64,000 nt of DNA. It comes from a virus. Numbering within the stretch: the first letter of the stretch is position 1; every line of letters starts with the position of its first letter. Shown here in pieces: positions 46,481 to 55,823 of this stretch. The stretch lies in the IMG/VR virus record IMGVR_UViG_3300045971_000149, positions 64,001-128,000 of that record. One strand, given 5' to 3'. The notes beneath the pieces are model-generated. The model was not told where the DNA came from and did not search any database. It saw nothing but the letters and a program-made list of their open reading frames with translations. A program made the translations under genes and the position numbers.

Positions 46481-46798
46481 ATGTTAACAAAAACAATCGG
46501 AACTTCAACAGTTCTAACAATGAGCGGAACTGCTCAAACAGTAAATCCAGTTACTAACGAAATTGGTACCTACAACGGGTTATTATACCAAAGATTACCA
46601 GCAGTCAAGGTTAGAATTGCTACAAACACTCAACCGGCGTTTGTTACTTTTGGAGTTGTTGCCACCGCAGGAACCGGAGTATTGATACCTGCAAATACAT
46701 CAGAGCATTTTAAGCTAGATGCAGGCACACTTACTAACTATGTAAGCGTTCTTCAGGCAGGCACTGGTGGAATAATTTCTATTACACCAGTAGCATAA
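46481..46798 (+). CDS. probable virion protein
   Basis: 105 aa Thr/Gly-rich; TATAAATA + AAGGA. Confidence 0.65.
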   Translation: MLTKTIGTSTVLTMSGTAQTVNPVTNEIGTYNGLLYQRLPAVKVRIATNTQPAFVTFGVVATAGTGVLIPANTSEHFKLDAGTLTNYVSVLQAGTGGIISITPVA

Positions 46799-46806
46799 GG
46801 ATCACT

Positions 46807-47211
46807 ATGCGATCTCGTGAATTTACAATTAATATTCCGATCAACATTAGGATTAATGGTGACGGCGAACCTGTAATTGATATGGGGCAAGGACAAAAAT
46901 CAGACGATACTCCTGCTCTAAATCAAAATCCAGTCATGGTGCCGCCTCTACAACAAGATATTGAATTAAAGAAGGCTGAACTAGGCAAAGAAAGTCCAGT
47001 GATCGATAAATTAATCCAAAATAGTCCCGAAGTAGGTAACGAGCCTGCGCCGGGATATCCTAACACACGCCCACCAGAACAGCAACAAACTATCCCTATT
47101 AGTAATGTAGCTAATAAAGTATTGCAAAATATTCCAAGACTTCGCCAAAGACCAGATGATGGATTGAATAGTGAATTAGCCCGTATTAAACAACTAATAC
47201 AGAGAAAATAA
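46807..47211 (+). CDS. hypothetical late protein (paralog of 52397-52702)
   Basis: MRSREF; VPPLQQDIELKK; ELARIKQL. Confidence 0.7.
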   Translation: MRSREFTINIPINIRINGDGEPVIDMGQGQKSDDTPALNQNPVMVPPLQQDIELKKAELGKESPVIDKLIQNSPEVGNEPAPGYPNTRPPEQQQTIPISNVANKVLQNIPRLRQRPDDGLNSELARIKQLIQRK

Positions 47212-47212
47212 T

Positions 47213-47545
47213 ATGACTGTTCGTAAGATACAGTCCGGTCGCGTTGTAACGCTGACTGCCGAGCAATTTATCGGCGAGAAAGGCACGATTTTTTACAACG
47301 AAGATACCGGCAATCTACGAATGAGTGACGGATTAACAGTCGGCGGAGTCCCGATTGTTGGGCTAGCAGGTAGCCCAGGACCAAAGGGAGATACCGGAAC
47401 CCAGATAAATAGACTTATAGATATTCCGGATGTAAACAGTGCAGATTTGCAAGCAGGCTCGATACTAGTGTACGATGGAGCGAGTCAATGGGTGACAACC
47501 TTAACTATACCAGCACAAAGTAATATTGATGCAGGCGAATTTTAA
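47213..47545 (+). CDS. short tail-fibre-associated protein
   Basis: FIGEKGTIFYNEDTGNLRMSDGLTVGG; C-terminal IDAGEF. Confidence 0.7.
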   Translation: MTVRKIQSGRVVTLTAEQFIGEKGTIFYNEDTGNLRMSDGLTVGGVPIVGLAGSPGPKGDTGTQINRLIDIPDVNSADLQAGSILVYDGASQWVTTLTIPAQSNIDAGEF

Positions 47546-47560
47546 TAGATATATAATAAC

Positions 47561-49888
47561 ATGACAACAATTAGAATTAAACGATCGGCCGTTACAGGCA
47601 ATCCAGGTACGCTTGCTAATGGTGAATTAGCATATTCGGGCTTAACGAATAATGGCGCAAACGGTGGTGATAGATTATACATTGGTTTTGGAACTGAAAC
47701 TACTGGTAATGCTGCAAACCACTATATAATCGGTGGTAAGTATTACACAGACTTAATGGCTGGGACTGCCGGTACGCTAGTTACAAATGCGACAAGCGTT
47801 CCTATTCTAAGTGCAACTGGTACAATCGATAAGTGGTTAGTTGGTAACTTACAACTAACTGGCAATACAATTAGCTCAACAGCTACTAATGGTAACATAG
47901 TATTGAGCCCGAATGGCACAGGCTTAATAAGTATCAACAACTTATACACATTGCCTGCTGTAGTAGGTACCGCCGGATATGTTTTAACAACAAACGGTGC
48001 AGGTGCAACTTCGTGGGCACCGGGTGCGGCAAGTTTATTATTCCAGGGTAATAATACACTTAACACCGGAACAATTAATCTATTAACACAAACATTAAGT
48101 ATTGTCGGTGGAACAAACGTTGTTACTACTTCAAGTGGACAAACACTTACCGTTTCGGTAGCGACTGCAACTAACACAGTATTAGGTGTTGCATCTTTTG
48201 CGTCTGCAAACTTTACAGTGAGTAACGGTGCAGTTAGTATCACAAATGGTACTATTTCTAATGCACAGCTTGCAAACTCGAGCGTTACAATTAACGGCGT
48301 TAACGTTGCATTGGGTGCAAGTGTTAATGTTGCAACTACTCAAACATTAACAATTGGTACTGGCTTAACAGGTAGCACCTTTAATGGATCTACTGCAACT
48401 ACTATTAGCATCGATGGTACTGTTGCTACAACTAGCACTGCACAGACATTTACCAACAAGACGATATCCGGTGCTTCTAACACATTCAGTAACATTCCTA
48501 ACAGTGCGTTAACTAGCAGCACAATTAGCGGAGTTGCACTAGGTGGAACACTAAATGCGTTAACAATCGGAACTGGTTTAAGTGGCGCAAGCTACACCGG
48601 CGCTGCTGGAGTAACAATTGCAATTGATAATACCGTTGCAACTACAAGTACTGCACAAGTTATTACCAACAAGACAATCGCTGCCGGTTCAAATACTATC
48701 AGTGGGTTAACAAATGCAAACTTGAGCGGTACTGCTGGTATCACAAATGCTAACTTAGCTAACAGCACCGTTACTATTGGTACTACACAACTTGCATTAG
48801 GTGCAAGTTCTACAACACTTGCTGGATTAACTCAAGTCGATATTGGTAACTTGCGAGTAACTGGTAACACTATTAGTTCAACAAATACTAATGGTAACAT
48901 TATCCTTGCACCTAACGGTACTGGCACAGTTGATTTCAACGCCGCAAGACTTACAAGCGTTGCAACACCGACTACTTCAACAGATGCTGCTAATAAGTCG
49001 TATGTTGATTCAGTAGCAACTGGTTTGACAGTAAAGTCAGCGGTTGTAGCTGCTACTACAGCGGCATTAAGTGCTACTTACGCAAACGGTACAGCCGGCG
49101 TTGGCGCAACACTTACTGCATCGTCCCCAGTAACTTTACCAACAATAGATGGATACACTGCATCAATTGGTGATAGAATCTTAGTTAAAAATCAAGCTTC
49201 TTCTATCCAAAACGGTATATATGCAGTTACGTCAGTTGGTAGTCCATGGGTGCTAACTCGTACTACAGACTATGATAATAGTCCAGTAGGAGAAGCAACT
49301 GCTGGTACATTCTTATTCGTGGAAGCAGGTACAACTCAGGCTTCCACAGGTTGGGTAGAATCTGCTTTAGGAACAGGTGTAGGATTATCACTTGTATTTG
49401 GTACAGATGCTGTTACATTTACACAGTTCTCCGGTGCTGGGTCGTACCTAGCAGGCAACGGGTTAACCCTAACCGGTAATACATTTGCTGCAACCGGAAC
49501 AAACGGTATTACCGTTGGAACATCTATCCAGTTGGCATCTACTGTTGCAGGTGCTGGTTTAAATTATGCAGCCGGCGTATTAAGCGTTGGTGGTACTGCT
49601 GGTAGAATTACAGTTGCTGGAACAACAGTAGATATTGCCGCAACTTATGTCGGTCAAACAAGTATCACTACAGTAGGAACAGTTGCAGTAGGTACTTGGA
49701 CAGCAACTACAATTGCTGCACAATACGGTGGAACTGGTGTAACTAGCTATGCTGCTTACGATTTACTTTACGGTACAGTAAGTGGTCCATTAGGTAAATT
49801 AGCAATGGGAACTGCTGGTCAGATTCTTCAAGTTAACACTACCAGTAACGCGCTCGTTTATGGCGACATTGATGGCGGAACGTACTAA
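47561..49888 (+). CDS. long tail fibre protein
   Basis: IRIKRS...GELAYS N-terminus, DAANKSYVD, GDRILVKNQ...NGIY, internal repeats, IDGGTY end. Confidence 0.85.
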   Translation: MTTIRIKRSAVTGNPGTLANGELAYSGLTNNGANGGDRLYIGFGTETTGNAANHYIIGGKYYTDLMAGTAGTLVTNATSVPILSATGTIDKWLVGNLQLTGNTISSTATNGNIVLSPNGTGLISINNLYTLPAVVGTAGYVLTTNGAGATSWAPGAASLLFQGNNTLNTGTINLLTQTLSIVGGTNVVTTSSGQTLTVSVATATNTVLGVASFASANFTVSNGAVSITNGTISNAQLANSSVTINGVNVALGASVNVATTQTLTIGTGLTGSTFNGSTATTISIDGTVATTSTAQTFTNKTISGASNTFSNIPNSALTSSTISGVALGGTLNALTIGTGLSGASYTGAAGVTIAIDNTVATTSTAQVITNKTIAAGSNTISGLTNANLSGTAGITNANLANSTVTIGTTQLALGASSTTLAGLTQVDIGNLRVTGNTISSTNTNGNIILAPNGTGTVDFNAARLTSVATPTTSTDAANKSYVDSVATGLTVKSAVVAATTAALSATYANGTAGVGATLTASSPVTLPTIDGYTASIGDRILVKNQASSIQNGIYAVTSVGSPWVLTRTTDYDNSPVGEATAGTFLFVEAGTTQASTGWVESALGTGVGLSLVFGTDAVTFTQFSGAGSYLAGNGLTLTGNTFAATGTNGITVGTSIQLASTVAGAGLNYAAGVLSVGGTAGRITVAGTTVDIAATYVGQTSITTVGTVAVGTWTATTIAAQYGGTGVTSYAAYDLLYGTVSGPLGKLAMGTAGQILQVNTTSNALVYGDIDGGTY

Positions 49889-49909
49889 GTAATAGTAATA
49901 TAGAAGTAC

Positions 49910-49940
49910 ACGGGGATTTTTATCCCCGTTATTCCTTTTT
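49910..49940 (+). terminator. terminator-like hairpin
   Basis: ACGGGGAT-tttt-ATCCCCGT then T-rich tract. Confidence 0.6.
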
Positions 49941-49950
49941 AGGAAATTAA

Positions 49951-51000
49951 ATGTCAGTTATTAAATTCAAGCGGTCTTCCGTTTCTGGAAAGATCCCCTT
50001 ATCGACCGACTTAGCATATGGCGAAATGGCCCTAAACTATGCTGATGGCGCGATTTATTATAAAAATACAGCAAGTCAAGTTGTAAGTTTAGGTGGAATA
50101 GCCGGCCCTGCTCATGTATGGACCACCGCCACTTTATACGCATTAAGCTCATTAACAAACGACGTAGGATACCTCACTTCAGCGGTATTAGCATCATACG
50201 GTGTAAGCACAATAACCGCAGGAACAGATACTGCAATTTCAACAGCATCAGGTAATGTAACTGTTTGGAACACTTCAAATTTACAATCTATTACAAATAG
50301 AGGATCAGTAACTACAAACACAATTACTGCTCCGACTTTTATTGGAAATTTAACAGGTACATCAACATATGCATCGTATGCATATAGTTTTAACACCGGG
50401 ACATTAGTTGCAAATGCAGACGTTGCTAACAAAATTGGACTAAATTCCTCTACAGATATCACTGTTCGTTCGAGCCTAATTCCAGATACCAACATTAGTT
50501 ACGACCTAGGCTCTGCCACTAACAGATTTAGAACGTTGTACATATCAAGCGGCACAATTGATATTGGTGGTGTTTTAATATCAGTTCTTCCTAATTCTAA
50601 ATTATCAGTTGGTGGATTTGAATTAGTGAGTACTGCAACTATAGTGTCAACTGCGACATCTTCTGCTATTGCATACTCACTTGCTAATACATCAACTACA
50701 CAAGTTGGTTACGCAACAACAACATCGTATGCATTATCTTTTAACACAAGCACACTAGTAACTAATGCAGTTAATGCAACTACTTCAACTTATGCAGCAA
50801 TTGCGTATTCGATTGCTAATACGTCAACGCTACAGGTAGGATATGCAGTTGATGCAACCACCTCAACTTATGCAGCAATTGCGTATTCGATTGCTAATAC
50901 ATCAACACTACTAGTTGGGTATGCAGTTACCGCTACTAGTATTGTAGGAGGAGCACTGAATCCGACTACTGCTTACTTACAGAATTTATTTTATTTTTAA
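49951..51000 (+). CDS. tail fibre-like protein with 26-aa repeats
   Basis: IKFKRSS...GEMALNYADG; YDLGSATNRF. Confidence 0.8.
   Translation: MSVIKFKRSSVSGKIPLSTDLAYGEMALNYADGAIYYKNTASQVVSLGGIAGPAHVWTTATLYALSSLTNDVGYLTSAVLASYGVSTITAGTDTAISTASGNVTVWNTSNLQSITNRGSVTTNTITAPTFIGNLTGTSTYASYAYSFNTGTLVANADVANKIGLNSSTDITVRSSLIPDTNISYDLGSATNRFRTLYISSGTIDIGGVLISVLPNSKLSVGGFELVSTATIVSTATSSAIAYSLANTSTTQVGYATTTSYALSFNTSTLVTNAVNATTSTYAAIAYSIANTSTLQVGYAVDATTSTYAAIAYSIANTSTLLVGYAVTATSIVGGALNPTTAYLQNLFYF
50765..50928 (+). repeat. 78-bp tandem repeat (about 2 copies)
   Basis: encodes AV(N/D)ATTSTYAAIAYSIANTSTL(Q/L)VGY. Confidence 0.85.
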
Positions 51001-51009
51001 GAGAATCAC

Positions 51010-52371
51010 ATGCTATTATTAACTACAACATTGGATAAGATCCAACTGATTACCGGCACAGCAGGTAATGTTGACATATACTCTACATGGGTAGACAATT
51101 CAACTACTTCAGTAATTGCCGGCCGCACGGTAACACCAGTTGTCACAGGTGCAGTAACTACTGATATCATTCCCGCACCAGCAGCAAGCACTCAACGAAA
51201 TGTTAAGTCTATTATTGTGTATAATGGAGGAGCAACAAATGCAATGCAGATTCAACACACTGACGGCACAAATGTTTCTACATTATGGTCCGGAACATTG
51301 CTCCAGTTTGAAAGTATTGTATATGAAGGAGATAATTTTACACGGTTGAATAGTGCAGGAACTCCTGTTACTCAAGGCTATTCAACTCCTAGAGATATTC
51401 AAATATACTCTACAGCCGGTGCATCTACATGGAACAAACCTACAACATTTACTCCATCTGTTGTGCATGTTAAGGTATGGGGTGCCGGCGGTGGCGGCGG
51501 CGGTGGCTCTTCTTTAGGCACTGCAATTGCAAGCCATGGCGGTGGCGGTGGCGGAGGTGGAGCATTTGCAAGAGAAACATTTAACGCAGCCGATTTACCT
51601 GCATCAGTTACGGTAACTGTGGGGCAAGGTGGTGCTGCGGGCACAGCAGGTGCTACAGGTACCGCAGGCGGTGCAGGCGGCATTGGCGGTAGTAGCTCAT
51701 TTGGTGCATATACAATTTCTTATGGTGGCGGTGGAGGCGGACCTGGGGCAATTACTGCGGCAGCTTGTGGTGGAGGTGGCGGTGGAGGCACAGCAACAGC
51801 AGGAACAAGTGGGTCAACTACCGCTGGAGTAGGCGGATTTCCGGGAACTGCGGTGGCTACGGGAGCTGCTGGTGGTACAGGAGCAACAAGTGTTGTTACC
51901 GCAACTGCGAATGCTGTTAACGCTACAACATGTTCTGAATTTGGAGGAGCAGGTGGTGCAGGACAACCGGCAACTTCGGCAGGTGGTGCATTTGCCGGAT
52001 CATCATTATATGGTGGCGGTGGAGGCGGCTCAGGCGGATGTCACTCGGCAGTTCCGGCAGCCCTAGCGGCAGGCGACGGAGGCGGGTCGGGTAAGTATTC
52101 AACCGGGGGCGGTGGCGTTGCCGGCACTAACGGATTAGCCGCAGCAAACGGCGGCGCAGGCGGTGCAGGAGCAAACGGTAACTCAACTACAGGCGGCTCA
52201 GGCGGCGGCGGCGGCGGCGCAACTACACTATCGGGCGGAACTGGTGGCGCTGGAGGAGCAGGCGGATTTGGAGGCGGTGCCGGTGGTGGCGGGGGTGCAG
52301 CCTTTAACCCAGGAACTGGCGGAGTTGGTGGGTTAGGCGGTGCCGGTTTAGTTATTGTAATGACTTGGTAA
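51010..52371 (+). CDS. glycine-rich virion/adhesin-like protein
   Basis: VKVWGAGGGGGGG...GGGGAF and many GGxGG runs. Confidence 0.8.
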   Translation: MLLLTTTLDKIQLITGTAGNVDIYSTWVDNSTTSVIAGRTVTPVVTGAVTTDIIPAPAASTQRNVKSIIVYNGGATNAMQIQHTDGTNVSTLWSGTLLQFESIVYEGDNFTRLNSAGTPVTQGYSTPRDIQIYSTAGASTWNKPTTFTPSVVHVKVWGAGGGGGGGSSLGTAIASHGGGGGGGGAFARETFNAADLPASVTVTVGQGGAAGTAGATGTAGGAGGIGGSSSFGAYTISYGGGGGGPGAITAAACGGGGGGGTATAGTSGSTTAGVGGFPGTAVATGAAGGTGATSVVTATANAVNATTCSEFGGAGGAGQPATSAGGAFAGSSLYGGGGGGSGGCHSAVPAALAAGDGGGSGKYSTGGGGVAGTNGLAAANGGAGGAGANGNSTTGGSGGGGGGATTLSGGTGGAGGAGGFGGGAGGGGGAAFNPGTGGVGGLGGAGLVIVMTW

Positions 52372-52396
52372 ATATACATAACAGATCAGGAATTAT

Positions 52397-52702
52397 ATGA
52401 AATTATCGGAAATTTTAAGAGCACTTGCAGATATAGTTGATTCAGCCGACGGTGATCTATTAGATTTAACACAACAAAACGCAGCATCACTGAACACAAT
52501 TAATACGCCAAATATAGATAAGAGTCGTTCCGAAAAATTTGTTCCTCCTCTTCAGACTAAAATTGAATTACTAAAGAAAGCAGTTGATGTAGATAGTATA
52601 TACGATTCCGGAGCCGGCGAGATGGCACGTATGAAAAAGATGGCAGGCCTTAATCCTGTAGTCGCAGACGAAGCAGCTAGCGACGAACCACTAGATTCTT
52701 AA
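52397..52702 (+). CDS. hypothetical late protein
   Basis: MKLSEIL; FVPPLQTKIELLKK; EMARMKKMAGL. Confidence 0.75.
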   Translation: MKLSEILRALADIVDSADGDLLDLTQQNAASLNTINTPNIDKSRSEKFVPPLQTKIELLKKAVDVDSIYDSGAGEMARMKKMAGLNPVVADEAASDEPLDS

Positions 52703-53496
52703 TGGCAACTACTCAGAAGTTTTTTACTAGTAGAGTACAAACTGACCCTACTGCTTTTATTGGCGAAGTGGGGCGTATGTTCTATAACGAAGAAACTGGA
52801 GCAATACGTATCAGCGACGGAATTACACCGGGCGGAGTTGCAGCTACAATTGAAATCCATTCAGTTACTGATTTTTCAAACACTGCAACCTATGCTAAAT
52901 TTGCGGGAACTGCTACTCACGCAGCATTTGCAGATGTCAGCGGGTTTGCTAACTCCTTTAATACTAATACGCTAGTCGCAAATGCAACAAATGCACAAAC
53001 TGCAGGAACGGTTACTACTCCGGAGCAACCTGCTATAACTAGCGTAGGTACATTAACTAATTTAATGGTTGCTTCAATAGTAACTGCTACTAATTATAGC
53101 GGAGGTACTACACTTAATTGGACTCCAACTTTAACATTTGGAACAGTCCAAGGCACTCAAACCTACACTACTCGTGTGGGGTATTACACACAAGTTGGAA
53201 AATTAGTAATCGCAACATTTGACATAGCTATTAGCAGCCTTGGCACAGCAGCTGGCGCCTTTAGCCTAACAATGACCGGATTACCAAAATCGCTAGCAGG
53301 TGCTCTAAAAATTACCACTAGAACACTTTCGTCACAAAATGCTGTGGATATTATGGGTAGTGTTACTACTGCAACATCAATTCCTATATTCGGAAACATT
53401 GTGGTTGCTGGTACTATTTCTTATCGTCAAATACAAGCATCGGATCTGGGCGGAACAGCAATTATTTCCGGCACCATACAATATATTGCTAGCTAA
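52702..53496 (+). CDS. tail fibre-like protein
   Basis: FIGEVGRMFYNEETGAIRISDGITPGG; QPAITSVGTL; WTPTL. Confidence 0.75.
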   Translation: MATTQKFFTSRVQTDPTAFIGEVGRMFYNEETGAIRISDGITPGGVAATIEIHSVTDFSNTATYAKFAGTATHAAFADVSGFANSFNTNTLVANATNAQTAGTVTTPEQPAITSVGTLTNLMVASIVTATNYSGGTTLNWTPTLTFGTVQGTQTYTTRVGYYTQVGKLVIATFDIAISSLGTAAGAFSLTMTGLPKSLAGALKITTRTLSSQNAVDIMGSVTTATSIPIFGNIVVAGTISYRQIQASDLGGTAIISGTIQYIAS

Positions 53497-53504
53497 ATAT
53501 TACT

Positions 53505-54263
53505 ATGAAAAAACTATTACTAATCTCATTATTAGCACCTATGTTAGCTTGGGCTAATCCCATTGATGACAAGTGCCCACAGTTTACCTATCAAGGTGCT
53601 CCAGTTAGTACACTTGCAGATAGCAAGGGACAATACCTTTGCAAGATGAACTATGCTATTCGATACAACTATACAACAAAGACTCCTGAATATGTTGTAG
53701 AGCATCCTACTAAGGCAGTGTTCACCGGACCGGCAAAGCGTAAGGATAATTTCCATGCAGATGCTAGTATTCCATCTCAATACAGCGCACATTTATCGGA
53801 CTATGATCTAACATATGATCGTGGTCATATGGTGCCTGCGGATGATAATACACAATCTGATGCTATCATGAGCGAAAGCTTCACACTTGCAAATATGGTA
53901 CCACAAGTGCCTAATAATAACCGTGGTATCTGGAAGCAACTAGAAACCCAAGTACGTAAATGGGTTATTGGCGGAAAAGACATTTATGTATCGAGTGGTC
54001 CTATATATGACAAGGGATACAAGACAATAGGAGCAGGTGTTGGTGTTCCTACTAGATTATTTAAAGTAGTTTTTAACAAAACTGATAATATTGCAATTGC
54101 ATTCTTAATGCCAAATACAGAACTAGTAGTAAAAGACTTACCAAAGTATGCAACTACAGTCGATGCAGTGGAAAAAGCTACCGGACTAAAGTTTATGCCT
54201 AAAGCAACGAGCACTACTATTAAAACCACTATACCTAATTTAGCTAAGTGGCCCGGACTATAA
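53505..54263 (+). CDS. DNA/RNA non-specific endonuclease (NucA/EndoG-like) with signal peptide
   Basis: YDRGHMVP, NMVPQ...NRGIWKQLE, SGP, VPTRLFKV; MKKLLL...AWA signal. Confidence 0.92.
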   Translation: MKKLLLISLLAPMLAWANPIDDKCPQFTYQGAPVSTLADSKGQYLCKMNYAIRYNYTTKTPEYVVEHPTKAVFTGPAKRKDNFHADASIPSQYSAHLSDYDLTYDRGHMVPADDNTQSDAIMSESFTLANMVPQVPNNNRGIWKQLETQVRKWVIGGKDIYVSSGPIYDKGYKTIGAGVGVPTRLFKVVFNKTDNIAIAFLMPNTELVVKDLPKYATTVDAVEKATGLKFMPKATSTTIKTTIPNLAKWPGL

Positions 54264-54273
54264 ATGAGTAACA

Positions 54274-54501
54274 ATGAATATCCTGTCTATCCTGAAGATG
54301 ACGGTTACGACCGTTTCAGAAATCCTTACAGTCCTGTTTAACGGGTTTGTAGAAGGGTTGTCGCGTGCTGGCTGCGGAGTAGCAGGCATATGGTGGGAAC
54401 CGGAACAAGTTACTCCAGAAAAAGAAGATAAGACTATTCCGATCGAACAACAAGAACTTGTCTCAACTTCTTCAAAAGAAGGAAGAAGGAGACTTACCTA
54501 A
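54274..54501 (+). CDS. small hypothetical protein
   Basis: 75 aa ORF; overlapped by a 25-aa ORF at 54264-54341. Confidence 0.5.
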   Translation: MNILSILKMTVTTVSEILTVLFNGFVEGLSRAGCGVAGIWWEPEQVTPEKEDKTIPIEQQELVSTSSKEGRRRLT

Positions 54502-54620
54502 CCACCTTAGGTCCGTTTGTCGTCAACGGTAGGGAGAGAGCGAAAGCTGGTCTTCCACAGGCGTCCGCGCAATTGCACTAACCCGCGTAGTGGTTCCAGT
54601 ATTAAGTAAGCTGGACACTC
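54502..54620 (+). ncRNA. candidate structured ncRNA
   Basis: GC-rich intergenic run with four hairpins including a GAAA tetraloop; strand inferred from the tetraloop and G-U pairing. Confidence 0.5.
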
Positions 54621-54625
54621 ATAAG

Positions 54626-54646
54626 AAAAGCGCCCTAGGGCGCTTT
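54626..54646. terminator. bidirectional terminator
   Basis: AAAGCGCCC-ta-GGGCGCTTT. Confidence 0.8.
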
Positions 54647-54663
54647 GTCACGATTAGCGTTGT

Positions 54664-54930
54664 TTAACGAGTAGACTTTGCGTTTTCAACAAACTTATAC
54701 ATTTTTTCCGCAGTTTCTAGAATCTTATCTAGACCCGGAAACTCTGGCATAGCAATAGTACTAATAAGTTGTCCTGTCTTTTCATTGCGTGTTGCAGTTA
54801 ATTCCCATCCTTGCAACTTTGCATGAAAGTCTTCAGTAACAAGCCCCTTAGCCATTGCTAAGATGTCAGTACGAATTTCGTATCCGTTTTTGTTAAATTT
54901 TACTTCCGGTAGTTTAAGTGTGTTTGTCAT
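54664..54930 (-). CDS. hypothetical protein
   Basis: KNGYEIRTDILAMAK; AGGAG RBS. Confidence 0.8.
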   Translation of the reverse strand: MTNTLKLPEVKFNKNGYEIRTDILAMAKGLVTEDFHAKLQGWELTATRNEKTGQLISTIAMPEFPGLDKILETAEKMYKFVENAKSTR

Positions 54931-54994
54931 TTTTATTCTCCTGTGTGTATGACTGTGTACAGCAGTATTGCTGCGTCTATATTTATTATACTGT

Positions 54995-55186
54995 CTATAG
55001 TGTAACAGTTAACGCGATTTCTTTAAAGTTTTTCGCCAGCTTCCTTAATCTCGGTGCCAACTTCTTTGCGATTGATTGCTCATCAAGGCGCTGTCCTAAG
55101 TGATACTGTCCGTAAGCTTCTAATGCTTTAACGATTAATTCTTTTTGCCGAGTATCGATTGTGAGTGTGTATGTGTGATTATTCAT
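54995..55186 (-). CDS. hypothetical protein
   Basis: 63 aa ORF. Confidence 0.6.
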   Translation of the reverse strand: MNNHTYTLTIDTRQKELIVKALEAYGQYHLGQRLDEQSIAKKLAPRLRKLAKNFKEIALTVTL

Positions 55187-55188
55187 AT

Positions 55189-55308
55189 TTAAAACCAGCG
55201 GGGGTAATTGTTCTTCTTTGCTTGCAGCAATCGGTATCTGGTCAAATACGCTAAAAAACCAAATACATCCTTAATTGTAAACAAAAATTTAGATAGCATA
55301 GTTTTCAT
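55189..55308 (-). CDS. small hypothetical protein (39 aa)
   Basis: MKTMLSKFLFTIKD...; exactly fills the operon gap. Confidence 0.5.
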   Translation of the reverse strand: MKTMLSKFLFTIKDVFGFLAYLTRYRLLQAKKNNYPRWF

Positions 55309-55310
55309 AT

Positions 55311-55493
55311 TTAAACCCTATAGTCAAAGTTAGACGAGCGAGCACGGTGTTGTCTACGGTCGTATTCATTAAGCCAATATTCAACATCGCATACGTTAGT
55401 AGGTTGTTTTTCGGCAATATAAGCGTCAATGCGTTCTTGTTCAGATACGGGTTTAAAGGCGCTCTTTACTCTTTCTAATAGATTAGATAGCAT
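55311..55493 (-). CDS. hypothetical protein
   Basis: 60 aa, AGGAG RBS. Confidence 0.7.
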   Translation of the reverse strand: MLSNLLERVKSAFKPVSEQERIDAYIAEKQPTNVCDVEYWLNEYDRRQHRARSSNFDYRV

Positions 55494-55653
55494 TTAATAA
55501 CTCCTGAGGTGATGGTAAACGTTTGTTTTGGGCTAAAAAGTACTCTACATAGTCAAGCGGAACTGAACGGTATTCAGCACGAACCATACGTAGATAAGTT
55601 TCTGGGATCTTTTGTTCTCTTTTTAAGAGATATTTGGCAAATTTCAATAACAT
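55483..55653 (-). CDS. hypothetical protein
   Basis: start MLLKFAKY after AAAGGA. Confidence 0.65.
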   Translation of the reverse strand: MLLKFAKYLLKREQKIPETYLRMVRAEYRSVPLDYVEYFLAQNKRLPSPQELLNAI

Positions 55654-55823
55654 TATGTGTTTTCCTTTGGTTAGTATAGACTCATGGTTTCTACTGATAT
55701 GTTTATTTATACTTATTATACCTTGCACTGCAACATAAGTCAAGTCCATTTTTAGTGTTTGCTCACTATCCAAATGATATGCTATACTGTTACATACAAT
55801 AAATACAAAAAAGGAAAGACCCC

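Noticed and set aside
51399-52379. Pro-rich minus-strand ORFs
   Set aside because: They are the reverse complement of Gly codons in the glycine-rich gene.
55196-55206. Sixth CAGCGGGGTC box
   Set aside because: The sequence is CAGCGGGGGTA, inexact, isolated and inside a small ORF.
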